Assembly: GCA_016214655.1 (NCBI GenBank)
Contig: JACROC010000005.1
Coordinates: forward strand, 195,078-259,077
Direction: 5' to 3'
Origin: Candidatus Harrisonbacteria bacterium
Lineage (GTDB): Bacteria; Patescibacteriota; Minisyncoccia; UBA6257; 02-FULL-45-10c
Length of the DNA: 64,000 nucleotides
Of this stretch, positions 20,493-29,506 are shown piece after piece (position 1 is the first letter of the stretch; each line of letters begins with the position of its first letter). The position numbers were made by a program, and so were the translations under genes. Below the pieces are notes generated by a model. That model was not told where the DNA came from. It worked only from the letters and a program-made list of their open reading frames with translations, and ran no database searches.

Positions 20493-23367
20493 ACTTTTTT
20501 TCCAATTTTAATATTGTATCCGCGATATGCTTAGCCAAAAATCTTGCCCGCGGACTTTCCCCTTTCTCGGATCTCACAAGTTTATCCACCACCTTCTTTA
20601 AAAAAGCAACTTCAGCTGCTCCTGATTCTACCTGCTGCCGACTTGAAACTAATCCACTCGATGACTTCTCGTGCATAACTTCTAACCAATCTTTTTTTAA
20701 AAGCTTTTTGCCCGCTTTAGAGAAATGCTCCATAATATCTCCCCCTTCGTGGCCAACGCCAATGATTTCATTTTTGGCATTAACTCGGAAAAGAACTGGG
20801 ACGCCATCAACTCTTATAGGCTTCACCCGCACCCCTTCATCAATCATATCTTTTATAATAGTTTTATGCGCTTCAGCCGCTTCTGAAAATACCGTTGGCT
20901 TTTTTCCCGCCGCTACTTCGACTAAATATTGATGCGCCCGTTTCAGATAAGCTTCAACGCTCTCATTCTCCCTAATGGGAAGGTCAGTTTCTTTATGCAT
21001 TTTCTCAATTAATTTCTTGGCTTCCGCCCGCAGTCCTTCCTCGTGCCAATCTAAAGTCTTGCCGACATGCGCCCCGAATTCTCCTTTTTCAGCATCAGCC
21101 GCGGAAATTCCTTTAATGACTTTCCACACCTCTTCATCTTCCTTCCCCCTAAAAATACTCTTAACATCTTGTAGGGTAGCTTCTGTACCATCTAATTTTG
21201 CGGCAATATCCTGCCGTGCCAATTTACTGGTTGCCCGGATCAAAAATTCCTCTATGGTTTCGCCCTGTTTTGGCGACTCTTGCGACTTTTTCGCCAGCTC
21301 TTTTATATAATCCAGCAACTGCTGTTGATTTTTAATTTCCGACCTCTCCAATTTTTCACCAACCATCGTAAATTTATAATCATCCGACAAAACTTCAGTA
21401 GCTTTTAGCCTGCTATGCACTGCCAACTCTTCCGCTCCTCTTTTCCCAATTTTCCCAAACCATCCTCCATAAATTCCCCTCATATCAGATTCTAAATTTT
21501 TAGGTCCATGGAATTCCTGTATTTGCACGGCAACCGCAACGTCATGTTCCCTGACTTTTTCCAATACAGCCCTAGTTTCTTCTTGGGGATTCCAATGATA
21601 CTCATGCTTATTTGATACCTCTACCGTGTCATCTGATTTTAATAAATAAACAGACGGGTCCTTGGAATCCAAAACCCTGATTTCCTCGCCGGTTGAAGGA
21701 ATAATAAAATGATTTTTAACCGCTAATTCATAAGCTTGATGCTGAGCCCATTGGTGCAAAGCCAGCTTATCACTTAAATCTCCGTTATAGCCATGAGATG
21801 CCGGATCGGCTTCCAATTGCCGAACAAAAGCATGGGTTATACCTTCGCCCTTATGAATCGTAGCCAATTCGCGCACGTGCTCTAATTTCGCAACTTCTAC
21901 TACTGCCCTTTCGGATTTTAATTCTGATATTTTAGCTCCTTCGGCTTGGGCGGTTGCCGCTGCCTTTGCCTCAACTAATTTCCTAGCTGCTTGTTCTGGA
22001 TTTTCCGATAAACCAATATAAGACAATAAACGCCGTGCATTCATCACCCAATTTTCTCCACCTTGTTTCGCGGCCTCACCCAATTTGCCTTCTGATACGG
22101 CGCCCCAAAACTTTTCTGCGCCTTCCCGCATAGTTAATGTCCCGTTACGGAGCGCAACTTCAAATTCTACTAACCCTACCGCCCTAAAAAGTTTGGAGTA
22201 AGCCGCAACCGCTTCAGCCGTGGTCTGAAGTTTACCCTTTGTTTCTCTATTAAAAAGATTAAACGTAAGTCCATTAAAAGTCTCTCGCGCCGCATCAATG
22301 GTCAAATTTTTAGCCAGAAAACCCAATTTTTCTACTTGACTGCCCTCTTTTTGGAAATGTTCTTTCTCATAATTCTCAGCCGCTTTTACAGCACGTTCTC
22401 CTATAGCCAAGCCGGTGTAACCAACTGTCCGCAGCCACGGCATCATAACCATAATTGAAGCAGTATTAACTGCTTCTCGCGCCACCACCATTCCTTGGAC
22501 CGAATTATTTATATATAAATCTAAAACTTTACCGACTTTTTCAGTACGAGCCTTATCTGAATTCTTTCCCTCCTTTCGATAATCCCTTAAAATTTGCGCC
22601 ATCTCTTTTCTCAAGGCCAATTTTTCCTTGGCTGGCAACTTGGCTTCTTTTAATTGTTCGTTTAATGCTCCGATTTTAGCAGCTACTGGATTAGTTACCA
22701 ATTCCTCCACGCCTTCTGGTAATTCTTTCTTTTTTAATCTCACTTCTTCTAAAAGTGCAATAGTTGATTCACTAATTTTTCCCCGCTGTTCTTTCTTTTG
22801 GAAATAGTCGCGGATTAATTTTGGCGCTTCCAGAAAGAATCGCGCACCAAAAACAGAACCAAGCGTATCTAAAACGCCTTTCCCAACAAGTGCCTGAATA
22901 CTTTTAGGTTCTTCAAATCCTCTTCGTTCTGCGCGGCTCTCTTCTATTTTCTTTTCTAATCCTGATTTTCTGGCTTCACTGGATGCTTTTTCCTCTGGCG
23001 TCATCATTTCCTCGGCTTTTGCTTCTCTTACTTTTTTTTCCTCTGCCTTAGCTTTTACTTCCTGCTCCTTTGCCAATTTAGTTGCTATTTCAGCATCCTT
23101 CGCCATCTTTTCAGCTTCTGCCATCCTTTCTTTTTCAATCGCGGCCAATTGCTTCGGACTTGGCGGCGCAGGAGGCAAAGATGCTAACGGAACTTCTGCC
23201 TCTGGAAACACAACTGCTGGTTTCTCAGCAGCTGCTGCTTCCGGTTGGTCTAGTGACCGAACTTTTTGCGGCACCCCTAAAGTTTCTATTGGCACCGGCT
23301 TTACGGCTTCCTCTGGCTTGGGTTGTGCTTTTGGTGGTCTTTCGCTCATATTAATTAAATTATACAA
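20473..23367 (-). CDS. Large hypothetical protein (Pro/Glu/Lys-rich N-terminus, coiled coils)
   Basis: 964 aa open frame; no recognisable catalytic motif. Confidence 0.75.
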   Translation of the reverse strand: MYNLINMSERPPKAQPKPEEAVKPVPIETLGVPQKVRSLDQPEAAAAEKPAVVFPEAEVPLASLPPAPPSPKQLAAIEKERMAEAEKMAKDAEIATKLAKEQEVKAKAEEKKVREAKAEEMMTPEEKASSEARKSGLEKKIEESRAERRGFEEPKSIQALVGKGVLDTLGSVFGARFFLEAPKLIRDYFQKKEQRGKISESTIALLEEVRLKKKELPEGVEELVTNPVAAKIGALNEQLKEAKLPAKEKLALRKEMAQILRDYRKEGKNSDKARTEKVGKVLDLYINNSVQGMVVAREAVNTASIMVMMPWLRTVGYTGLAIGERAVKAAENYEKEHFQKEGSQVEKLGFLAKNLTIDAARETFNGLTFNLFNRETKGKLQTTAEAVAAYSKLFRAVGLVEFEVALRNGTLTMREGAEKFWGAVSEGKLGEAAKQGGENWVMNARRLLSYIGLSENPEQAARKLVEAKAAATAQAEGAKISELKSERAVVEVAKLEHVRELATIHKGEGITHAFVRQLEADPASHGYNGDLSDKLALHQWAQHQAYELAVKNHFIIPSTGEEIRVLDSKDPSVYLLKSDDTVEVSNKHEYHWNPQEETRAVLEKVREHDVAVAVQIQEFHGPKNLESDMRGIYGGWFGKIGKRGAEELAVHSRLKATEVLSDDYKFTMVGEKLERSEIKNQQQLLDYIKELAKKSQESPKQGETIEEFLIRATSKLARQDIAAKLDGTEATLQDVKSIFRGKEDEEVWKVIKGISAADAEKGEFGAHVGKTLDWHEEGLRAEAKKLIEKMHKETDLPIRENESVEAYLKRAHQYLVEVAAGKKPTVFSEAAEAHKTIIKDMIDEGVRVKPIRVDGVPVLFRVNAKNEIIGVGHEGGDIMEHFSKAGKKLLKKDWLEVMHEKSSSGLVSSRQQVESGAAEVAFLKKVVDKLVRSEKGESPRARFLAKHIADTILKLEKKYGDVFK

Positions 23368-23447
23368 TAATTATATATTTTAGTCAATACTTACTACTAT
23401 AATATCCCAATTGTTAATTACTAATTAGTATATCACATCAACTACAT

Positions 23448-24590
23448 CTAAACTATTACTCCTCCACCGAGCATTCGACCCTCGTCATCATAAAATACAG
23501 CAGATTGACCGGAAGCAACGAATTTTTGGGATTTATTAAATACTAATCTAAGGTCTTGCGATGACCTTAATATTAATTTTGCCTTTGCTAAAGGTTGGCG
23601 ATAACGAACGCGAGCAAGTACTTGAGTCATGAATTTTGAATTATGAATTATGGGATTGATCAAATTAACGCCTTTCAAAATAACTTCTTTACAAAACAAA
23701 GCTGGATTATCGTCTCCTTCGGCTACAAGTAAGGTATTAGTTTTAATATCCTTTTCCGCAACATAAGACGCCCTTCGTTCATTTTGACCCTTAATTCCTG
23801 ATTCATAATTCTTAATTCCAAGATGCCGCTGGCCGATCGTATAAAAATGCGCTCCGCTATGCTCGCCAACCACCTTACCGGCGGTATTCAAAACCAAACC
23901 GCGCTTTTGCGGAAGATAATTGCCCAAAAAATCTTTAAGAGTCACTTGGCCCAAAAAACAAATCCCCTGCGAATCCTTTTTCTCCGCATTCGGCAGACCG
24001 AACTTCTTCGCCAGCTTCCTCACCTCCGGCTTGGCATAGTCCCCGATCGGAAATAAGCAATGCCTAAGCTGGTCTTGCGTCAAAGTCCAAAGAAAATAGG
24101 ATTGGTCCTTTTGCGCGTCCCGCGCAGCGTATAGGGTATAGGGTATAGGGTATAGTGATTTTTTTCTAGTTTTACTAAACCCTGAACCCTGACCCCTAAC
24201 CCCTAATCTCACATAATGCCCAGTCGCTACATAATCCGCTCCCATTTCCAGTGCCTTTTTCAAAAACAAGCCGAACTTTATCTCTTTATTGCACATCACA
24301 TCCGGATTCGGCGTAATGCCGCTTCGATAACCATCGATCATGTATTTCACCACCTTCTCTTTATATTCTTTTTCAAAATCAAAGACATAAAAAGGAATAC
24401 CCAAAACCTCCGCAGCTCTCCGCGCGTCTTCAGCATCCTGCTCCGCGCACCCGTCAACGTTATAGCATTTCATATGCGCGCCAATTACCTCATATCCTTT
24501 TTGTTTAAGCAATGCCGCGGCAACTGAAGAATCTACGCCTCCGGACATTGCACAAAAAACTTTTTTATTTTTCACGTTTGACATATTCAA
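23448..24590 (-). CDS. mnmA: tRNA 2-thiouridylase MnmA, with repeat-derived in-frame insertions
   Basis: AMSGGVDSSV, TPNPDVMCN, ATGHY, KDQSYFL, KKDSQGICF, GQSAVFY. Confidence 0.97.
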   Translation of the reverse strand: MNMSNVKNKKVFCAMSGGVDSSVAAALLKQKGYEVIGAHMKCYNVDGCAEQDAEDARRAAEVLGIPFYVFDFEKEYKEKVVKYMIDGYRSGITPNPDVMCNKEIKFGLFLKKALEMGADYVATGHYVRLGVRGQGSGFSKTRKKSLYPIPYTLYAARDAQKDQSYFLWTLTQDQLRHCLFPIGDYAKPEVRKLAKKFGLPNAEKKDSQGICFLGQVTLKDFLGNYLPQKRGLVLNTAGKVVGEHSGAHFYTIGQRHLGIKNYESGIKGQNERRASYVAEKDIKTNTLLVAEGDDNPALFCKEVILKGVNLINPIIHNSKFMTQVLARVRYRQPLAKAKLILRSSQDLRLVFNKSQKFVASGQSAVFYDDEGRMLGGGVIV

Positions 24591-24641
24591 ATAAATATAT
24601 TTTACTATAAAAAGGCCGCTAAAATCAACTGGGAGATAGGT

Positions 24642-24818
24642 ATGAGGAAAAAAAATAAAAATGAAGGCCCGGCTGAATGGTATCTTAAAAAATCAATCGA
24701 ATATGCAAGAAAAGCCGAAGGCCATCTCTTTTCCGGCAGAAGCAATGACCTTTCCCTTATCTCGATCGCTTATGGCCTAATCTGTCAAAACTGCCGCGAC
24801 CTGGAACGCCAGCGATAA
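24642..24818 (+). CDS. Small hypothetical protein, 58 aa (not in ORF track)
   Basis: GGGAG RBS; MRKKNKNEGPAEWYLKKSIEYA..ICQNCRDLERQR; followed by a terminator. Confidence 0.55.
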   Translation: MRKKNKNEGPAEWYLKKSIEYARKAEGHLFSGRSNDLSLISIAYGLICQNCRDLERQR

Positions 24819-24833
24819 TCTTCTTCCAAACAC

Positions 24834-24864
24834 AACGCCCAACCTACACAGGTTGGGCGTTTTA
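24834..24864 (+). terminator. Intrinsic terminator
   Basis: aacgcccaacct-acac-aggttgggcgtt followed by T residues. Confidence 0.75.
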
Positions 24865-25046
24865 CTTAAACAACTCTATTCAAAACCCAAATTACCAAAA
24901 TAGAAAATAAAAGCCATGGCTTTTATTTTCTAAGTATAGACATTTACGGCACTTCAACGCGTCGGAGTATCAAACAAACGAAGCTTGGTCAGAATTGGCA
25001 AGGTTTCAAAGATGTAAATATAATTTTATTGTATAATTATTAAATA

Positions 25047-25688
25047 ATGAATAAACCTGAATCCAAAACTCCTATTAATCCGATCATTAAAGTAATGATT
25101 TATTCCGATTTCCTGGTTCTGTCGGCTCTTTCCATCTACGGACCGATTTTTGCGCTTTTTGTTACCCGGCAAATCACTGGCGGCTCAGCACAAGTAGTCG
25201 GATTTGCCGCGGCCAGCTATTGGCTCACCCGGTCAATCGTCCAATTGCCCATATCAAGATTTTTAGACAAATATGACGGCGAAAAAGACGATTTCTGGGC
25301 AATGGTTATCGGCTCAATTTTATTTAGCGCAGTACCTATTTTATTTATCTTTGCAAAAATGCCTTGGCACATCTATCTTTTTCAAGCAATTTACGGCTTA
25401 GCCGACTCCTTAGCAGTTCCTACTTATCTAGCAATTTTTTCCCATCACATTGATAAAGAAAAAGAAAATTTTGAATGGGGTTTGCACTCAGTCTCAATTG
25501 GAATCGGCGTTGCTCTTGGAGCGGCGAGCGGTGGTTATCTGGTAGATAAGGTGGGGTTTAACGTAATCTTCATATTGACTAGCATTATTACTTTTCTAGG
25601 CGCAGCAGTATTAATTACCATTCGGCAAACACTGCTCACTAAACCGCAACCAGTAATACCAATCATTACGAGAAAAAACCATATCTAG
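25047..25688 (+). CDS. Half-size (6-TM) MFS-family transporter
   Basis: PIFALFV..VGFAAA..LPISRFLDKYDG; 213 aa. Confidence 0.8.
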   Translation: MNKPESKTPINPIIKVMIYSDFLVLSALSIYGPIFALFVTRQITGGSAQVVGFAAASYWLTRSIVQLPISRFLDKYDGEKDDFWAMVIGSILFSAVPILFIFAKMPWHIYLFQAIYGLADSLAVPTYLAIFSHHIDKEKENFEWGLHSVSIGIGVALGAASGGYLVDKVGFNVIFILTSIITFLGAAVLITIRQTLLTKPQPVIPIITRKNHI

Positions 25689-25695
25689 CCACACT

Positions 25696-26979
25696 TTAAC
25701 GCGTTAAAGCGCCCAATAATAAATCTCCTACCTTATATATATCCCCCGCACCCATGGTCAAAATAATATCTCCTTTCTTCGGTTCTAATATTAGAACCGA
25801 GGCCGCATTATTAAAAGAATCAACATACCGCACATTTTTATGAAACTTTTTCATTTTATTTACTAATTGAGTTGAATGTGTCCCGTCATCTTTTTCCCGC
25901 GCCGCATAAATATCCGCCACCAGTACCGCATCGGCATCATTAAAACTTTTGGAAAAATCATTTAAAAGCAATTTAGTCCTACTGTATAGATGCGGCTGGA
26001 ATATGCAAAAAATCGCGCTATGCGGAAATGCTTGCCTGGCGCCGGCAAGCGTTGCTTTGATTTCCGTAGGATGATGTCCGTAATCGTCGTAAACATACGC
26101 ACCACTCCTAGTTTTCCCTTTATATTCAAATCTCCGCCAGGTGCCGGAAAAATTTTCCAAAGATTTCCGCGCCTCGGATTCTTTAACTTTCAATATCTTA
26201 GCCACTGCAAATGCCGCCTGCGCATTATCCAGGTTATGATCTCCAACAACTTTTAATTTTAAATTCCGCGGCGATTTGGTGTAATCAACAATCTTGCACT
26301 TTGCGTTTTTAACAACCGAATCTAGATACCTGCCGCGCGGATTACAAACTAAATAATCCTCTGAAGTTAACTTAGAAACAAACTCTGAAAACGCTTTTTG
26401 GATATTCCGCACATTTCCATAATAATCCAGGTGATCATTATCAATATTCGTAATAACAATAATCTTCGGATTTATATTCAGAAAAGACTTTTTATATTCG
26501 CAGGCCTCCACGACAAAATATTTTCTGCGTCCGGCTACAAAATTAGACTTAGAATCCTTCAATAAACTCCCAACAATAATCGTCGGATCCAGACCACTAT
26601 CCTTTAGGATAGTGCCGATCATTGCGGTTGTAGTTGTTTTTCCATGCGCGCCGGAAACCGCAATCGTATATTTATCGCGTGAAATAATTCCTAGCATCTC
26701 GGGGTAGGAAAGAGTTTGGATGCCCAGCTTTTTTGCCTTAACCAATTCTGGGTTATTTTCTTTCACGGCTGGCGTATAAACTACCAAATCAACATCTTTT
26801 AAATTTTTTTCATCATGACCAAAATAAATTTTCGCCCCGAGCTTTTCTAATTCATCAATAATCTCCGATCGCGAAACATCCGAACCGCTGACCTCTTTAC
26901 CCTCCCCCAGCATCATCCTTGCAATCGCCGAAATCCCAATTCCGCCGATGCCAATAAAATGCGCTTTCCGAATATCCAT
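25696..26979 (-). CDS. murC: UDP-N-acetylmuramate--L-alanine ligase
   Basis: HFIGIGGIGIS, GAHGKTTTT, EACEY, DDYGHHPTEI, FQPHLYSRT. Confidence 0.97.
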   Translation of the reverse strand: MDIRKAHFIGIGGIGISAIARMMLGEGKEVSGSDVSRSEIIDELEKLGAKIYFGHDEKNLKDVDLVVYTPAVKENNPELVKAKKLGIQTLSYPEMLGIISRDKYTIAVSGAHGKTTTTAMIGTILKDSGLDPTIIVGSLLKDSKSNFVAGRRKYFVVEACEYKKSFLNINPKIIVITNIDNDHLDYYGNVRNIQKAFSEFVSKLTSEDYLVCNPRGRYLDSVVKNAKCKIVDYTKSPRNLKLKVVGDHNLDNAQAAFAVAKILKVKESEARKSLENFSGTWRRFEYKGKTRSGAYVYDDYGHHPTEIKATLAGARQAFPHSAIFCIFQPHLYSRTKLLLNDFSKSFNDADAVLVADIYAAREKDDGTHSTQLVNKMKKFHKNVRYVDSFNNAASVLILEPKKGDIILTMGAGDIYKVGDLLLGALTR

Positions 26980-26983
26980 AACT

Positions 26984-27961
26984 TTATTTTAAAACTATCC
27001 GGCGCAATTTGTAAGCATTCCCATGCCTCAATAATCCCAAATAAGAATTTATGATTTCTGGTTTTGGCAATTCTTGTATCCTCTTCATCATCCTTCTTTT
27101 AGTCGTTGTCCTTAATATCCGATGATCTAAAAAATTCACCCAGCCAAGAAAATCCACTCCGGAAGCAAGAGTTTTGATGGAAACTTTATTCGGGTGAAGC
27201 TCTAAAGATAATGTCTCATTCAGGAACGCTCTTATAAATAAGAGTGAGCGATTTAATGATTCTTTGTTTTCAGACAAAATCACAAAATCATCCGCATATC
27301 TTATGTAATATCTGGCCTTTAGTTTGTGCTTCATAAATCGGTCAAATTCATTCATATAGATATTGACTAGTAATTGGGAGGTTAGATTGCCTAGCGGCAA
27401 GCCGATTCCTGGCTTAACCTCAAAGCTATCAATGACTCTATCCAATAACCATAAGATATCTTTGTCTGGAATATGGCTGACCAGAATCTTCTTTAAGATG
27501 GAATGGTCAATATTGGCAAAGAATTTCTTGATATCGCACTTTAATATCCAGTAAGTTTGAGTGTTATTTTGACTGACTTTGTAGGAAAAATCCCGAAATC
27601 GGTTAATGGCTTTATGAGTTCCTTTGTTTAGACGGCAGGAATAGGAATCGGCAATAAAAATTTGGTCAAAAAATGGGTAGAGTATCCTATATATTGCGTG
27701 GTGTAATAATCTGTCTCTTACTTGGGCTTTATGGATATTTCTGGGTTTAGGGTCGCAGATATTGAATGCCTGGTACCCGCCGTGTACATACGTTTGGTTG
27801 CGAAGATCATTATGAAGCGATAGGATATTATCCATCAGATTAAAAGAGAATTCCTGGACATCTGGCTTGCTCCTTTTCCCTCTTACAAATTCTTTCCAGG
27901 CCTCTAATAAATTCTCAATGCTAATAATATCTTCAAATTTATGGCGCAATTGAATTTTCAT
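26984..27961 (-). CDS. DGR reverse transcriptase
   Basis: PKPRNI, RDRLLHHA, LKCDIKKFF, GLPLGNLTSQ (DGR-type SQ), YIRYADDF, VDFLG; no maturase or endonuclease domain. Confidence 0.95.
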   Translation of the reverse strand: MKIQLRHKFEDIISIENLLEAWKEFVRGKRSKPDVQEFSFNLMDNILSLHNDLRNQTYVHGGYQAFNICDPKPRNIHKAQVRDRLLHHAIYRILYPFFDQIFIADSYSCRLNKGTHKAINRFRDFSYKVSQNNTQTYWILKCDIKKFFANIDHSILKKILVSHIPDKDILWLLDRVIDSFEVKPGIGLPLGNLTSQLLVNIYMNEFDRFMKHKLKARYYIRYADDFVILSENKESLNRSLLFIRAFLNETLSLELHPNKVSIKTLASGVDFLGWVNFLDHRILRTTTKRRMMKRIQELPKPEIINSYLGLLRHGNAYKLRRIVLK

Positions 27962-27985
27962 AAAAATAATTTTTCCCGGGAAGCG

Positions 27986-27996
27986 CCCCCCCCCCC
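27986..27996. repeat. C11 homopolymer between divergent RT and avd starts
   Basis: aagcg-CCCCCCCCCCC-gact. Confidence 0.9.
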
Positions 27997-28001
27997 GACT
28001 T

Positions 28002-28370
28002 TTGCCGCTAATCCAGAAAACTAAGGACGCCTATCTGCTTTGGTATGGCTATTACCAAATCCTGCCTAAACTCCACCGGCACTCTCTAGGTCAGAAAGTT
28101 GATACTCTTTTTGTTGAAATTATAGAAATGCTCTCAACAGCCAATTTTCTTATCAGAGAAGAAAAATTGCCCTATGTTCGTGTGGCTATAAGAAAAGCAG
28201 ATACGCTGAAGATATTTTTAATGATGCTTTGGGAAACTAAATCGCTGGATAATAAAAAATACATCGCATTATCAACACAAATAGGCGAAATAGGCAGAAT
28301 GCTAGGCGGTTGGAGCGGCCAGCTTATCAAACAAGCTCAAGATAAACAAAACTCTCCTGACAAAAAGTGA
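28002..28370 (+). CDS. avd: Avd-like four-helix-bundle accessory protein, antisense to TR/RT; start uncertain (TTG 28002, or ATG 27941 if the tract is C10)
   Basis: LPKLHRHSLGQKVD..EIGRMLGGW signature of bAvd; located between TR and RT. Confidence 0.88.
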   Translation: MPLIQKTKDAYLLWYGYYQILPKLHRHSLGQKVDTLFVEIIEMLSTANFLIREEKLPYVRVAIRKADTLKIFLMMLWETKSLDNKKYIALSTQIGEIGRMLGGWSGQLIKQAQDKQNSPDKK

Positions 28371-28391
28371 GGAGAGAAATGAAGAGAGTTT

Positions 28392-28514
28392 CGAGAACGG
28401 CAGACGGATCGTTAACATTCCAGTCGTTGTCAAGCCAGTTGTAGTTCCAGTTCCACCTGCCATCGTTCCAGTACAGATACAGGACGTAGCGGTTGCCATT
28501 CGGGTTCCGAAGAA
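28392..28514 (-). repeat. DGR template repeat (TR)
   Basis: 123 bp aligned ungapped to 28879-29001; 10 Asn (AAC/AAT) codons; 29 adenines on the minus strand. Confidence 0.95.
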
Positions 28515-28783
28515 TTATATGGAATATCGTCTGTGCCACCACCCCTTGAATACTCTTAGAGTTGTATCGTATCCGGTATATCATTCAGTAGAATGACCTA
28601 CTGGGTTAATACCTTAATATTCCATACCAAGTATCTTCATTTTTTGTTGAAGTGTCTGCATACACCACTCTATCCGAAACCGTGATCGCGGATACTCCCG
28701 ATGTATGGATACTGGGTTCGGTAGCGGAAAACCGTAATCGTCCGCGTATTCACCTACTGCCAAATTTATTTTAGCAAAAAAAT

Positions 28784-28817
28784 AATCCCCTGCACAGGCT
28801 TGCCTGTGCAGGGGATT
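28784..28817 (-). terminator. Perfect hairpin 3' of the VR (DGR cruciform and/or terminator)
   Basis: aatcccctgcacaggc-tt-gcctgtgcaggggatt, followed on the minus strand by ATTTTTT. Confidence 0.8.
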
Positions 28818-28870
28818 CTAAGGGCTAAGTTGCAAAGGGCATACAGTGCAAAGTAACCCAGTACTGAAGA

Positions 28871-29506
28871 CTAACTTGCGAGAACGGCAGACGGACCGTC
28901 AACATCCCAGTCGCTGCCAAGCCAGTTGCAGCTCCAGTGCCACCTGCCATCGAACCAGTACAGACACAGGACGTAGCGGTCGCCATCCGGGTACCGAAGA
29001 ACCGTTCCATCAAAGAAGATGAAACGGATGTTGCCGTTCACCTTCTCTTTCCACGATTCGGGGATGAGGAGCTGGTTCTCCCAGAGCGTCTGGAAGACCT
29101 TGGCATCCAGGCGGATGTGACCCGCCTTCTTCAGCCGTTTCAGCTTTTCCTCACCGGTGATCGACGTCTCGTTCGGATTGAGCATCGTCTCGAAGCGGAC
29201 CTTGGACAGGTCGACTTCGGTGAGCGCCTCCGAACGGGCGTCCGTGTCTTCGCCGACAACCGACCAACCCTTGCCGATGAAGGCGACGGGGTCGAACGGC
29301 TTGGCGCGATCGATCTTCAGGATCTTCGGTTCCCCGACGAGGACCTTTCCGCCGTTCTTGAGGAAGGCAGTGAACTGCTGTCCCGCCTGACGAGGGTCGT
29401 TGATGATTTTCTGGATGGTGTCGCTATCCAGATTGTCCCAGTCTGCGTTGTTAGCGAGGACTGAGAACAGGTTGAGGGACTGACCGGTAGTGATGGCTTT
29501 TCCCAT
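28871..29506 (-). CDS. DGR target protein with C-terminal variable region
   Basis: C-terminus LRYPDGDRYVLCLYWFDGRWHWSCNWLGSDWDVDGPSAVLAS matches the TR translation; AAAGGAG RBS; visibly GC-richer than host genes. Confidence 0.93.
   Translation of the reverse strand: MGKAITTGQSLNLFSVLANNADWDNLDSDTIQKIINDPRQAGQQFTAFLKNGGKVLVGEPKILKIDRAKPFDPVAFIGKGWSVVGEDTDARSEALTEVDLSKVRFETMLNPNETSITGEEKLKRLKKAGHIRLDAKVFQTLWENQLLIPESWKEKVNGNIRFIFFDGTVLRYPDGDRYVLCLYWFDGRWHWSCNWLGSDWDVDGPSAVLAS
28879..29001 (-). repeat. DGR variable repeat (VR)
   Basis: 14 mismatches to TR: 10 A>G, 3 A>T, 1 A>C. Confidence 0.95.

Noticed and set aside
26984-27961. RT as a group II intron or retron RT
   Set aside because: No maturase/endonuclease domain or intron domain V seen; the LGNLTSQ motif, avd and TR/VR pair identify a DGR.
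28302-28584. ORFs of 65 and 85 aa over the TR
   Set aside because: They are open because the TR mirrors the VR reading frame; the TR acts as RNA and there is no clear RBS.
28937-29464. 175-aa ORF on the + strand
   Set aside because: Antisense shadow of the GC-rich DGR target gene.
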